Assembly: GCF_006345805.1 (NCBI RefSeq)
Contig: NW_021836013.1
Span: forward strand, 1-25,619
DNA length: 25,619 nucleotides
Direction of reading: 5' to 3'
Source of the DNA: Octopus sinensis
Taxonomy: Eukaryota
The notes under the pieces are model-generated. The model searched no databases, was not told the DNA's origin, and saw nothing but the letters and a program-made list of their open reading frames with translations. This document shows, piece after piece, positions 1 to 13,367 of the stretch. The position numbers and the translations under genes were made by a program. The first letter of the stretch is position 1. The number at the start of each line of letters is the position of its first letter.

Positions 1-637
1 ATACCGGTAAACGTCCTTCAGCATTATGATATAACTTCCAAGTTTAAACACACAGTTGAATAAGATCTACGAAGCATTTTTTGGGCATGTAATGTTATAA
101 AATGTTTTATTGGAGATTAATGCAGAAGTTTAAGTCCCGCCTATAAATTACCCTGACAGACCCCACAGTATTCCAAACATTAATACTGGTATTTAATTAA
201 GTATCTATTGTTTGCCAATACAAACAGCAGGATGAACTTATTTAGCGCTAAAATATTAAGCACAATTCGTGCGTAATTAAGCCAGCAGCACCCAATCGAA
301 CAAACACTTCCGCGCATGCGTAATACAATAATGGTGATGTTCTTAACTATTATATAGGAATGTAACTATGTTTGTTGCCAAATTGTTTTCGTTACATGTT
401 ATTCTGTGTTCTGAATAAATGTTGCTTACTGCATTTTTGGATGAATTTTTTAATGACTTCATTGCTTTTCAGGCTTAGCTTAAGGTATTTCGCGACCGAC
501 AATCACAAAATGCGTCTGAATAAACATGCCGGCCGGACAGCAAAGAGACGCGGGCAATTGCTTAGAAATATTTTCATTTTTAAAACCTCATAATAGTACG
601 CACTAGGGATTTTAACCTTTAAATTTGGGGAAAAAAT

Positions 638-660
638 GCGGATTATACTCGAGGATTTAA
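638..660. mobile_element. Possible right terminal inverted repeat of a Tc1/pogo-type non-autonomous DNA transposon
   Basis: GCGGATTATACTCGAGGATTTA resembles TACCGTAAATCCTCGAGTATAATCCGC-type TIRs, recalled from memory. No matching left TIR is seen in the window. Confidence 0.3.
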
Positions 661-746
661 TGGATATAGATATCAATGTCTATTCGTACCAATGTTGCAA
701 AAAGCCCTGGTATATTAAAAAATAATAGCGACAGACGCGGTGTTAT

Positions 747-748
<2 letters not shown>

Positions 749-798
<50 letters not shown>

Positions 799-882
799 GT
801 GTATATATATAATATACATATATATATATATATGTATATATATATATTATATTATATTCTATATATATATATATATATATAT

Positions 883-932
<50 letters not shown>
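749..932. repeat. (TA)n microsatellite
   Basis: Nearly pure TA run seen directly; it generates the YIYI ORFs in the track. Confidence 0.98.
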
Positions 933-933
<1 letters not shown>

Positions 934-1028
934 CTAAATTAGAGACAAACCCACTATTTTGCAAACCAACAAGGAAAGACTTAATCAATACATAAAATTT
1001 TAATAATAAGTCAAAAACAAAAAAACCG

Positions 1029-1071
1029 CCACTACAATTGTTTCTTGTCCTGATCGACAATCTTCAGGTGG
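1029..1071 (-). ncRNA. Type I hammerhead ribozyme motif, intact core, short palindromic helix III
   Basis: Minus strand reads CCAC-CTGAAGA-TTGTC-gatcag-GACAA-GAAA-C-aatt-G-T-A-GTGG. Stem I CCAC/GTGG, stem II 5 bp, helix III ACAATTGT is a palindrome, cleavage triplet GUA. Confidence 0.85.
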
Positions 1072-2949
1072 ACTTCTACTAAAATATCAATATTTAAAAT
1101 ATAAAAACTAATAATTTAAAATAATTAAAGTATCAATGAAAAATATAAATATATAATCTATATATAACCTATATATAATCCATATATAATCAATATATAA
1201 CAATATATAAACTAAAATAAACCTATCAACAATTAAATATAATATAAAACAAAATAAAAAGAAACTATATATACACCATACACATATAACTAATTATATA
1301 TAACCATATCTAAATACATACACTAAATCACATATGTGTATATGGGTTTGCTATATAGGTCTGGGGATGTATGTGTTCATTTATCTGTGTGGGGTGGGAG
1401 TGGGTTTTTGGTGTATATATTGAGGTTTATACGTATGTATAGGTATGTGTGAGTGAGGTGTGTATTTGTATATGTCGTGGGTGTGTGGTTTACGTGTGTG
1501 TATTTGTGTGTGAATGTTTAGGTTAGGGGGATTGTTATATAGGTATGTTATATAGTTTAGTAAATGGAGATTTATCATTATATGTTTTTTATGAGTTTAG
1601 TTTATCATGGTAGTTTTATAAAAAAGAATCGTAGTAATTTATGTCTATTTACGATGTTTGTTATTTTATTACATTATTTCATTCATAATTTTAAGTAATG
1701 TTCGTTTTTCCCACGTGAAATAATTTTTAATTCCATTTATTCCATTTCTCCATTCATAATTTTAAATGATGTTCGTTTCCAGAGCGGGAATATTTTTTAT
1801 ACATATGTTAGGTTCCTATGGTAACGTAATTTTTGTTTTTGACCGTTTTTTAACGGATTAATTTAATTTCACTCATAATTTGAAACTGACTTGAAAGTAT
1901 GTATATTTTTTCTCATTATGTTAATCTTGTTACTTTTTGATATTCTGGTTACTTATGAAGTATTTATTATATGTATTATGTGTAGTAATGTTGTTTTCCT
2001 TTTTGGTGTTTTATATGTGGGAATGTGGTGTGGAGTGCGTATTTTGGTTGTGTAATTTATTTATCTGTATGAGTGTGGTGTGAGAATATTGTTGTATATG
2101 TCGAGTTTAGTAGGTATGTATATGTAGATTGAGGGGGTATAAGCGGATATTGTGTGTGTGTGGTGTTTTACGTATGTATATTTGTGTGTGAATGTGTATA
2201 TGTTTTGCTATATAGGTGTAATTGTGTATGTAGGGGAGTTGTATCATAATATGTATGTGGGTTTTCATTTATCATGATCGTTTTTGGTGTTTTGTAGTAG
2301 TTCTGTATATTTAAGTTGATTATATATTATTCCATTTATAATTTTTAAAAAAAACGTTCGATCAACAAGTGCAAAGAATATTTATTTTGCTTTTGAGTGT
2401 TTAATGTATGTGTGAATGGGTGGTGTGTGTGTGTGTGTGGGATTATTTGCGTAATTTATTTATCTGTATAGTTGTGGTTGTGAAATATTGGTGTATATAT
2501 CGAGTTCTGTATGTTTGTATGTGTATGTGTGAGCGGGTATACGTATATTGTTTATGAATGTGGGTTATGTGTGTGTGAGGGAGTGAATAAGTATTGTGTT
2601 GAAGTATTTGCCTATTTTTATTTATTTATCGTTGCCTAGACGTTTTTATGTGTATGTACAGGAGATATATATAGAGGTGTGTGATTTAGTGTATGTATTT
2701 AGATATGTTATATATAATTAGTTATATGTGTAATGGGTGTATATATAGTTTATTTTTATTTTGTTTTTATATTTATATTTAATTGTTGATAGGTTATTTT
2801 AGTTTATATATTGTTTTATATTTGATTATATATGGATTATATATAGGTTATATGATAGATTATATATTTATATTTTTTCATTGATACTTTAATTATTTTA
2901 AAATTATTATTTTTTATATTTTAAAATATTGATATTTTAGATTGGAAGT

Positions 2950-2989
2950 CCACCTGAAGATTGTCGATCAGGACAAAAAATTGTAGTGG
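2950..2989 (+). ncRNA. Degenerate hammerhead motif (inverted copy of 1029-1071)
   Basis: CCAC-CTGAAGA-TTGTC-gatcag-GACAA-AAAATTGTA-GTGG. It is 3 nt shorter across GAAAC, so G12 is lost. Confidence 0.7.
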
Positions 2990-3192
2990 CGTTTTTTTTT
3001 GACTTGTTTTAAAATTTTATGTATTGATTAAGTCTTTCCTTGTTGTTTTTGCAAAATAGTGGTTTTTTCTCTAATTAATATTATATATATTTTACTAGTA
3101 AAATTGGATTTAATCCTAAATCTGATTTTTTCCTGTAAATTTGGATTTATTCCCTAATATTTATTATTATAGATATATATATATATATACAT

Positions 3193-3324
3193 GGTGTAAG
3201 TCGCGTGGCTTGTGGTTAGGGTATTCGACCCACGATTGTAAGGTCGCGAGTGCAATTCCCGGTGACGCGTTGTGTCTTTGAGCAAGACACTTTATTTCAC
3301 GTTGCGCCAGTCCAATCAGCTGGC
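3193..3324 (+). mobile_element. tRNA-derived SINE, 5' portion (family U)
   Basis: tRNA-like head with A-box-like TGGCTTGTGG and degenerate B-box GAGTGCAATTCCC, followed by GTGTCTTTGAGCAAGACACTT; ends in (TCTA)n/(CA)n. Confidence 0.8.
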
Positions 3325-3353
3325 TATCTATCTATCTATCTATCTACAACACA

Positions 3354-3418
<65 letters not shown>

Positions 3419-3422
<4 letters not shown>

Positions 3423-3626
3423 CAAAATGTGACCCGCGTGTACCGTTAGCGATTTTTTCCCTCCGTCTTCCCTTCTCTGATCTTTCCTTTTCCTATGTTT
3501 CTGACGAAGAGCTCCGCTCTAACGTTAACCCTCCTTCTCCCTCCTTCCTGAGCGTCCAATAATACTTTTTTGTTCCACGTCCTCGCGTTGTGTGTTTTCT
3601 CTTTGTGTTTTCATGTTTGGATTAAC
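3419..3626 (+). mobile_element. Short HHR-bearing Penelope-like module, family A copy 1
   Basis: Homologous to 15795-15969 (-) and 24500-24690 (+); all end in ...TGTTTGGATTAAC and are flanked by (TA)n. HHR at 3497-3530 has GAAA changed to TAA. Confidence 0.8.
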
Positions 3627-3690
3627 TATATATATATATTATATATATATATATTTAATATTTTATTTATATATTTATATATATTTTATA

Positions 3691-3838
3691 TCTTTTTTTG
3701 GTGTATCTTTCTGTTGAAGAGCGTAGGCTCAAACGGAAGACTTGTTTTATTTATATTCCTGAGCGCCATACTAATACAATTGTTTGTTTGTACTCCACTT
3801 GTCTTCGTCTTTTGTTTATTTTCATAAAGCTTCCCGTT
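3691..3838 (+). mobile_element. Short Penelope-like module, family B (related to A), degenerate HHR at about 3707-3740
   Basis: CTGTTGA-A-GAGC-gtag-GCTC-AAACG has the family A architecture with A6 and G12 damaged. Its tail TTCCTGAGCGCCATACTAATAC resembles the family A tail TTCCTGAGCGTCCAATAATAC. TA-flanked. Confidence 0.6.
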
Positions 3839-3851
3839 ATATATTTATATA

Positions 3852-4222
3852 GGCGTAGGAGTGGCTGTGTGGTAAGTAGCTTGTTTACCAACCACATGGT
3901 TCCGGGTTCAGTCCCACTGCGTAGCACCTTGGGCAAGTGTCTTCTACTATAGCCTCGGGTCGACTAAAGCGTTGTGAGTGGATTTGGTAGACGGAAACTG
4001 AAAGAAGCCCGTCGTATATATGTATATGTATATGTGTGTGCATATGTTTGTGTGTCTGTGTTTGTCCCCCCAACCGAAGCTGGTGTGTTTACGTCGTCGT
4101 AACTTAGCGGATTGGCAAAAGAAACCGTTAGAATAAGTACTAGGCTTACAAAGAATAAGTCCTGGGGTCGATTTGCTCGACTAAAGGCGGTGCTCCAGCA
4201 TGACTGAAACAAAAGAGTAGAG
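3852..4222 (+). mobile_element. tRNA-derived SINE, family S, near full length (octopus OK/OR-type; exact family uncertain)
   Basis: Head GGCGTAGGAGTGGCTGTGTGGTAAG...GGTTCAGTCCC with A/B boxes, body CCTTGGGCAAGTGTCTTC, internal TA/TG microsatellite, tail GACTGAAACAAAAGAG. Matches 12352-12770 and 22507-22570. Confidence 0.9.
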
Positions 4223-4252
4223 TAAACATACATATATATACATATACACTTA

Positions 4253-4356
<104 letters not shown>

Positions 4357-4755
4357 GCCGTTTGTGATGTGTATTGCAAAGAATGTAATCACCGCCGCAA
4401 AAAAAAAAGGAAAACGTTAAGTATCGCTGCTTAACGAACGAAATGGCTACGATATACTGAGTAACAGATCATCTTTTGTCACTCGCGTGTCAAAATGCAG
4501 CGATGTTACTGAACCGTTAAATATGTGCACTCCACGACGTTATTGTTCACTAACTGGGCTGTTAGATCTCTGTATTCAACGACGTTATTGTTCACCAACT
4601 GTGATATAAAATAACGATTGTATATCTGATTGATGTGAATTGTAAAAGGTTCTTTGTACTTTGTATATATACGTATTCTATTGAATTCACTGGATATTTC
4701 TTGTGTAGAAAATAGCCCTTGGGTTTCAGAGAGAGACATTGAGAGAGTGATAGAT

Positions 4756-5359
4756 AAGTTTCTTTATTGGCCACACAGGGCTGCACACAGATGGGACAAG
4801 TTACAAGGTAGAACTTTTCTTTTGGGGGATGAAGAGAACAAAAAACAAAAGAAAAGAAAAAGGGGGTGGCGTAGGTTTTCGATCAAGAGGGATCGTAAAA
4901 GGGAAGAAAAGAACAAAAAACAAAAAAAAATTGAATAAAATAAAAAGAATAAAAAGAAAAAAAAGAAAAGGAAAAGGAACAAAAGGAAAGAAATGAAAAA
5001 AAGAAGAAAAAAGGGAAAAAAAGGGGAAGAGGAAAAAAAAGAACGATCAATAGGGATCGTGTATCACAGTGTTATGATATATGGTGTAAAGGGGAAAGCA
5101 AGTAAGGTTTTTATCCGTGGGAAGAAAAGCCTACGAAAAAGACCACGGTAACCTTGGTCAATATTGTTATATGTTACCACATTTGTTTGCAAGTGGGTAA
5201 CCCTCTGTTTTCAATTTCTGGGTTCATAGGATTATGCTCAAGGTGGCTTCGTCATTCATACGTGCCATCCTTGCTACATTCACCCATCTTTTTTTAAAAC
5301 ATTCGCTAGACAAAACTTGCCTCTCTACTCTCACTTTCCTTTTCAAGTGGTACTTGAAG

Positions 5360-5360
<1 letters not shown>
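4756..5360 (-). mobile_element. 3' fragment of a non-LTR retrotransposon, probably Tx1/L1 group
   Basis: Minus 5358-5224 reads FKYHLKRKVRVERQVLSSECFKKRWVNVARMARMNDEATLSIIL*, with the R..ER...F..RW pattern of Tx1-like ORF2 C-termini. A T-rich 3'UTR and AATAAA follow; both ends abut GATA/GA-like repeats. Confidence 0.55.
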
Positions 5361-5361
<1 letters not shown>

Positions 5362-5411
<50 letters not shown>

Positions 5412-5480
5412 GAGAAAGAGAGAGAGAAGGGGAGAAAAAGAAAGAGAGAAAGGGAAAGAGGGAGAGAGAGATAGAGAGAA
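5362..5480. repeat. (GATA)n grading into (GA)n
   Basis: Seen directly. Confidence 0.95.
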
Positions 5481-5605
5481 CACTAATGTTTCTGGGAGCG
5501 CAAATGACTATAAATGGGAGAGACTGCCTTAAACTTAAAAACGTCGCGAGTTATGTTTGAGATTTTTCACATTTATATGTTACATCATATCTCGACAATT
5601 GGTAA

Positions 5606-5609
5606 AGAT

Positions 5610-5649
<40 letters not shown>

Positions 5650-5654
5650 ATAGG

Positions 5655-5746
<92 letters not shown>

Positions 5747-5883
5747 CAGACAGACACACAGATAGATGGATAGATACACGTACAGGCGTACAGACGTACA
5801 GACAGATAGACGGACAGATAGATACATTGACATATAAACAGATAAGTAGTTGGACAGATAGACACACACCACACACACACACA

Positions 5884-5914
<31 letters not shown>

Positions 5915-5939
5915 CCACACACATAATATATATATATAT

Positions 5940-5977
<38 letters not shown>

Positions 5978-6081
5978 AATATAGATACAAGGTGGATAAA
6001 ATATATGTCAGTTACAGTGAAAGCTGGATAGACAGTGGACAGACAGATTGCAACCCACATACACACCCATATATATATGTG

Positions 6082-6137
<56 letters not shown>

Positions 6138-6220
6138 ATATACATATATATATACATACATATATATATATATATATATAATATATATATATATATAGAG
6201 AGAGGAGAGAGAGAGAGAAG
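5606..6220. repeat. Compound microsatellite block (GATA)n/(CA)n/(TA)n/(GA)n
   Basis: Seen directly; source of the YLSI/CVCV/YIYI ORFs. Confidence 0.95.
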
Positions 6221-7294
6221 ATTGTCAGCTACAGAGATACAGTGTGGCACCGACGTAAGTAATCAGGTATAAAGATGGTGGGTTTACACACACACACACT
6301 CGCGCGCACACGCACCCATATTCCAATGCTAAACTCAGCGACAATTTATGAGATGATTGATTGAAAGATTTCCAGCAGACATCTCTGAGGTTAAACTAAT
6401 AATCACCAAAAGGCACCACCAGTCAACGCCAAGATAGTATCCTAACACTTTTCTCTCTCCATCTGCTTGAGATTACAACTTCCGTTCATCTACAGGGGGA
6501 AAACAATGGAAGCCAATACTGGTAGTTAAAGCTGTGGGTTTTTTGTTTTTTTTCTCTTTGTATTATAATCTTGGTCTCGCCAACACATAGCATAGTTTAG
6601 AGCAATCGATGGCACCACGCTTGTGACGATTTTGAAAAATTGTTCACATGGGGGATATTCGACACGATTAATCATTTCCTTTTGTGAAAGGCGAGGATTT
6701 GCAGCCATCTTTTACGGCTATATCAGCAGTGAGGAATCTGACAGAAAACGGACATCGCTGAACAGGCGTGAAGTAGCTTGTTGGTTTGAGATATGGCTGT
6801 GTGTCTTAGAAAGAACTGCAACAGAATATCATGATAGCTCTGAAGAAAGTGGAACTGTAATTAAAATAGGAAAAGGATTTGAGTTGTTTGGAAAGCAGAA
6901 GGAATTAAAGGATGACAAGAGAAGAGCACTCAATAAGGTGTATGTTAGTTCTGTTTTTGATTTGGCGTGGATTTTAATTGACAAATTTAATCTGTTTAAG
7001 ATTATCTGTTTCCATAGGTATACGATACACAATGGAATTGTCATTTATAATGATGGGATATAAATAGTGGATACACACAGATTATACGTCAGTGTCTTTG
7101 TGTTTGCGTGTGTGTGTGTGGTTTGTGTGCGAGTGTTTGTGTGTGTGTGTGTGTGTGTGCGTGTGTGTGCGTGCGTGTTTGTTTGTTTGTGTATGCGTGT
7201 GCGTGTGTGCGCGTCTGTGTCTGTGTGTTTGAGTGTAAAGAAAGACTGAATTATATTCAGAAGAATCGGCCGAGGAAATACAAATAAGTATGGG

Positions 7295-7870
7295 GGAGGG
7301 AGAGAGAGAGAGAGAGAGGGGAAGACGGAGAGAAAGAGTGAGAGAGACGGTGAGAAAGAGAGAGAGAGACGGAGAGGAAGAGAGAGTGACGAGTAGAGAG
7401 ATGGTAAGAAAGAGAGAGAGAGAGAGAGACGGAGAGAAAGAGAGAGAGACGGAAAAAAGAGAGAGAGAGACGGAGAGAAAGAGAGAGTGACGAGTAGAGA
7501 GACGGTAAGAAAGAGAGAGAGAGAGACGGAGAGAAAGAGAGAGAGACGGAAAAAAGAGAGAGAGACGGAGAGAAAGAGAGAGGGACGAAGAGGAAGAGAG
7601 AAAGAGACAAAGAGAGAGAGAGAGACGGAGAGAGAGAGAAAGAGAGAGAGGGAGAGATATGGTGAGAAAGAGAGAGAGACGGAGAGAAAGAGAGAGAGAT
7701 GGAGAGAGAGACGGAGAGAAAGAGAGAGAGAGACGGAAAGAGAGACGGAGAGGAAGAGACAGATATGGAGAGAGAGAGAGAGAGGGAGAGAGACGGACAG
7801 AAAGAGAGAGAGAGACGGAAAGAAAGAGAAAAAGAGAGAGAGGGAGAGAGAGAGAGAGAGAGAGAAGGAA
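7295..7870. repeat. About 570-bp polypurine (GA)n satellite with recurring GACGGAGAGAAA and GTGACGAGTAGAGA interruptions
   Basis: Seen directly; source of the SLSLS/RERER ORFs. Confidence 0.95.
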
Positions 7871-8622
7871 AACATGTAGGTGAGTCGTAAAACCTAGGAG
7901 ATTATTAGAAAATAGTAACCACATTAAAAATTATGGCAAAATGAACGATTAATTAGTAACAGTAAAACAACTGACTGATAAAAAAAAGAAAACCAGAAAA
8001 AAAAACAAGAAAACAAAAAACCCAGAAAAACAAGAAAACGTTTGGTTGAAAAATAAAAAAAAATAACCCGTCTTTTCTTAGAAGTTGTCATTGAAATATT
8101 GTTTGTCACATTTAAGAAATCATGTCAAAATATATTATTATCTGATAGGTTATATACACTCTGCTGTGCTCGACAAAATGTCTAAACACACACAGACAAA
8201 TATTCAAAACGAGCTTAGTGATAAGAAGCCGTTGTAAGAAATGAGCGCGGATCTGCTTTCTGTTTACAAAAATATGTAAACTTGGTGATTTATTTGTTGT
8301 GACGGTCTTGTCGTGGTTCCCGTGATTTATTTATGTGAGGTTATTACCGATCTGACGTACAGAGATCATATTAGAGGTTATTACTGAACTGATGTGCAAG
8401 TAATAATCTCTCTGATAAGATCGCTGTTGGCGATTATCATCAAACATGTTTTAGTATTTAAAACGCAATGTTTTGAGGAAGAAATTAAATCACTTTGTGC
8501 GTTTGCATTAGAGAACAATGATGTCCTTTATGTTCAAGATTTTTGTATTTTTATTTTGTATATATAGTCAGTATCTTCGGTTATCTCAACCGTTAGATAT
8601 TATTATTATCATTATTATTATT

Positions 8623-9040
8623 CAGTAGTTTGATTTTTATAGCGTGCTTTCACTTCACTACCGAGCACAGTGTTCTGCGTAGGATGTGTGCACTGCCTAG
8701 TAGTGCAATTTTCTGTATGTTATATGTGTTTGTAAGTCCTGGTGTTTTTGTTATGTATTTGTCTGAATATTTTTTTATCATGCCTAATGCACCTACTATG
8801 ATAGGAATTGTTTCTGTTTTCAGATTCCACATTCTAGTTACCTCTATTTCCAGGTCTTTGTATTTTGAAAGTCTGTCCATTTCTTTTAGAGAAACATTGT
8901 CATCAGCCGGTATTGATACATCAATTAGAAAGCATTTTTTTTCTTCATGGTCTCTGACAACTATATCTGGTCTGTTGGCCTTAATTTCTCTATCTTTGTG
9001 TATCGGCATATCCCAGAGTATGGTTGCTTTCTCGTTTTCT
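8623..9040 (-). mobile_element. 5'-truncated R4/Dong-clade LINE fragment (restriction-like endonuclease domain plus 3' end), copy D1
   Basis: ORF 8650-9009 IKANRPDIVVRDHEEKKCFLIDVSIP...KYKDL is a PD-(D/E)xK REL domain. Flanked by (TAA)n; nearly identical to D2 but lacks 64 bp equivalent to 9860-9923. Confidence 0.9.
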
Positions 9041-9120
9041 ATTATTATTATTATTATATTATTATTATTATTATATTATTATTATATTATTATTATTATT
9101 ATTATTATGATTATTATTAT

Positions 9121-9681
9121 TTTATGTTTGACTTTTGCTTTGCATTTGTACAAGTTGGCTCCAAGTCCCACCCAGAGACCTCAAGAGCCAACAAGTTAGA
9201 AGTTCATGTTGGTGTTATGCCTAGGGTGACATATATTTGGTTTTGTACATAGTGGTGTTGTTCTAGAGAATTTTTAAAGAAAGCATAAGAAAATTATGTG
9301 TTTGTTTTAAAACTTGAGATTACATAGAAAGTATTTTGCGTAGGATATGGGTAGTTCCCATGAGCACTACCTTTGGCATTTCTGCCATTTTGGGATTTCC
9401 TGGTATTTCAGCTAGGTAGCAATCAGCCCCTTTTGCTATCATTCCCAGGGCACCTATGACAACAGGTATTGTTTTAGTCTTCAGGTTCCACATTTTGCTG
9501 ATTTCTATTTCAAGATCTTTATACTTGCTCAGATTTTGGTAGGTCTTGTCAGATATCGATTGGAACAGTTATATCAATGAGGAGGCACGACTTTTGTCTG
9601 AAGTCTTTCTATATGATGTCTGGCCTGTTTGCATCTATCTTTCTGTCAGTTTGAATGGTGAAGTTCCAGAGGAATGATGTG
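9121..9681 (-). mobile_element. 5'-truncated R4/Dong-clade LINE fragment, second subfamily, copy D3
   Basis: Minus strand translates, with frameshifts, to LWNFTIQTDRKIDANRPDII...LIDITVP...SKYKDLEIEISKMWNLKTKTIPVVIGALGMI...HILRKILSM*; about 200-nt 3'UTR; (TAA)n on both sides. Confidence 0.88.
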
Positions 9682-11799
<2,118 letters not shown>

Positions 11800-11801
11800 C
11801 G

Positions 11802-11832
<31 letters not shown>

Positions 11833-11861
11833 CATTATTATTATTATTATTATTATTATTT

Positions 11862-11897
<36 letters not shown>

Positions 11898-11898
11898 A

Positions 11899-11937
<39 letters not shown>

Positions 11938-12088
11938 GCCATATATGCCCCTGTGGGTAATAAAAATATTATGATGGTTATTGTGGTTTTTGTTGTTGTT
12001 GTCGTTCACCTCCTCGTCGTCGTCGTCCTCCTCCTTCTTGTTTGCCTCCAGTAGAAATATTTTTTGTCAAAAATCAGTGCACACACAA

Positions 12089-12304
12089 GGCGCCGACCTG
12101 GCAGGATCGTTGTTACGCCGGGCAAACTCTAAGCAGCATTTCGTCCGTCTTTACATTTCCACTTCAGATTCCACCGAGGTCGAATTTGCCCTTCATTCTG
12201 TCGGGAGTCGATAAAATAAGTACCTGTAGAGTACAGAGGTCGATGTAATCGACTTACCTGCACCTCCAAATTGGCTGGTCTTGTGCCAAAAAATTGAAAC
12301 CAAT
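12089..12304 (+). mobile_element. tRNA-derived SINE, family T
   Basis: Diverged match to 12934-13166: GGCGCCGACCTGGCAGGATCG...CCGAGGTCGAATTTGCC...GATAAAATAAGTACC. Confidence 0.85.
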
Positions 12305-12351
12305 AGGTAATTCAGACTCTTCAAATATAACAACAAACTTAAACAATTGTA

Positions 12352-12520
12352 GGCGTAGGAGTGGGTGTGTGGTAAGTAGCTTGCTTACCAACCACATGGC
12401 TCCGGGTTCAGTGCCACTGCGTGGCACTTTGGGGAAGTGTCTTCTACTATAGCCTCGGGCCGACCAAAGCCTTGTGAGTGGATTTGGTAGACGGAAACTG
12501 AAAGAAGCCCGTCATATATG

Positions 12521-12618
<98 letters not shown>

Positions 12619-12770
12619 TACGTCTGTGTGTATATGTTTGTGTGGCGCCCAACATTGCTGGTGTGTTTATGTCCCTGTTACTTAATGGTCGGCAAAAGAG
12701 GGCGATAGAATAAAAACTAGGCTTACAAAGAATAAGTCCTGGGGCCAAATGACTGATACAAGTAAAAGAG
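12352..12770 (+). mobile_element. tRNA-derived SINE, family S
   Basis: Aligns with 3852-4222, including the internal TA/TG tract and the ...CAAGTAAAAGAG tail. Confidence 0.9.
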
Positions 12771-12933
12771 AGAAAAAGTGAGAATTGTAAATGTAACAGC
12801 TGAACCATTTTTTTAGTCGCAAAGAAGACAGGTGTTACACTTCGAAATGTAGAAGACGACGATTATCACAAGAAGAATTTAATTAATGCTCGACAGAGAT
12901 TAGAGAAACAAAGATGTTCTGTAGAACAATATA

Positions 12934-13166
12934 TATTTCTTTACTACCCGCAAGGGGCTAAACACAGAGGGGACAAACAAGGACAGACAAAAGGATTAAG
13001 TCGATTTCATCGAACCCAGTACGCAACTGGTACTTAATTTATAGACAACGAAAGAATGAAAGGCAAAGTTGACCTCGGCAGAATTTGAACTCGGAACGTA
13101 ACGACAGACGAAATACCGCTAAGCATTTCGCCCGGCGTGCTAACGATTCTGCCAGCTCGCCGCCTT
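12934..13166 (-). mobile_element. tRNA-derived SINE, family T, with 8-bp target-site duplication
   Basis: Minus head GGCGGCGAGCTGGCAGAATCGTTAGCACGCCGGGCG; ACAATATA at 12926-12933 and 13169-13176. Confidence 0.9.
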
Positions 13167-13367
13167 AGACAATATAATGAAACGCAAGAAGAAACTGAAA
13201 CAAGGTTAGGGGTACGAAGAACAACAGTCGAAGACACGGTAGAACACAAGAAGGAAAAGTAACGTTCCTAAAAGAAAGAAGACAATTATTAAAAAGATTA
13301 CGAAGGGAAAATGTAGAGGAAACACAAGAAAGGTTAATTGTTAGAAAAGAGGGAATGCATTTGGTCA

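Larger units (their letters stand above)
937..3076. mobile_element. Non-coding Penelope-like element with about 397-bp inverted terminal arms (937-1332 and 2680-3076), each carrying a hammerhead motif
   Basis: 937-1332 is the imperfect reverse complement of 2680-3076 (e.g. CTTGTCCTGATCGACAATCTTCAGGTGGACTTC vs GAAGTCCACCTGAAGATTGTCGATCAGGACAA). Both ends abut TA-rich sequence. No RT or GIY-YIG ORF is recoverable. Confidence 0.7.

Noticed and set aside
1334-2680. Strand-skewed AT-rich core as a mitochondrial control-region NUMT or a GIY-YIG remnant
   Set aside because: No mitochondrial tRNA or gene fragments. Faint peptide resemblances (FHVGKT) are not continuous in any frame.
4534-4601. Two 24-bp near-identical repeats with a spacer, superficially CRISPR-like
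   Set aside because: Only two units, eukaryotic context, no cas genes; a simple local duplication.
6623-7063. 146-aa ORF in non-repetitive sequence
   Set aside because: No ATG start (begins GTG), no motif I recognise and no splice context; cannot be supported as a gene without BLASTx or RNA data.
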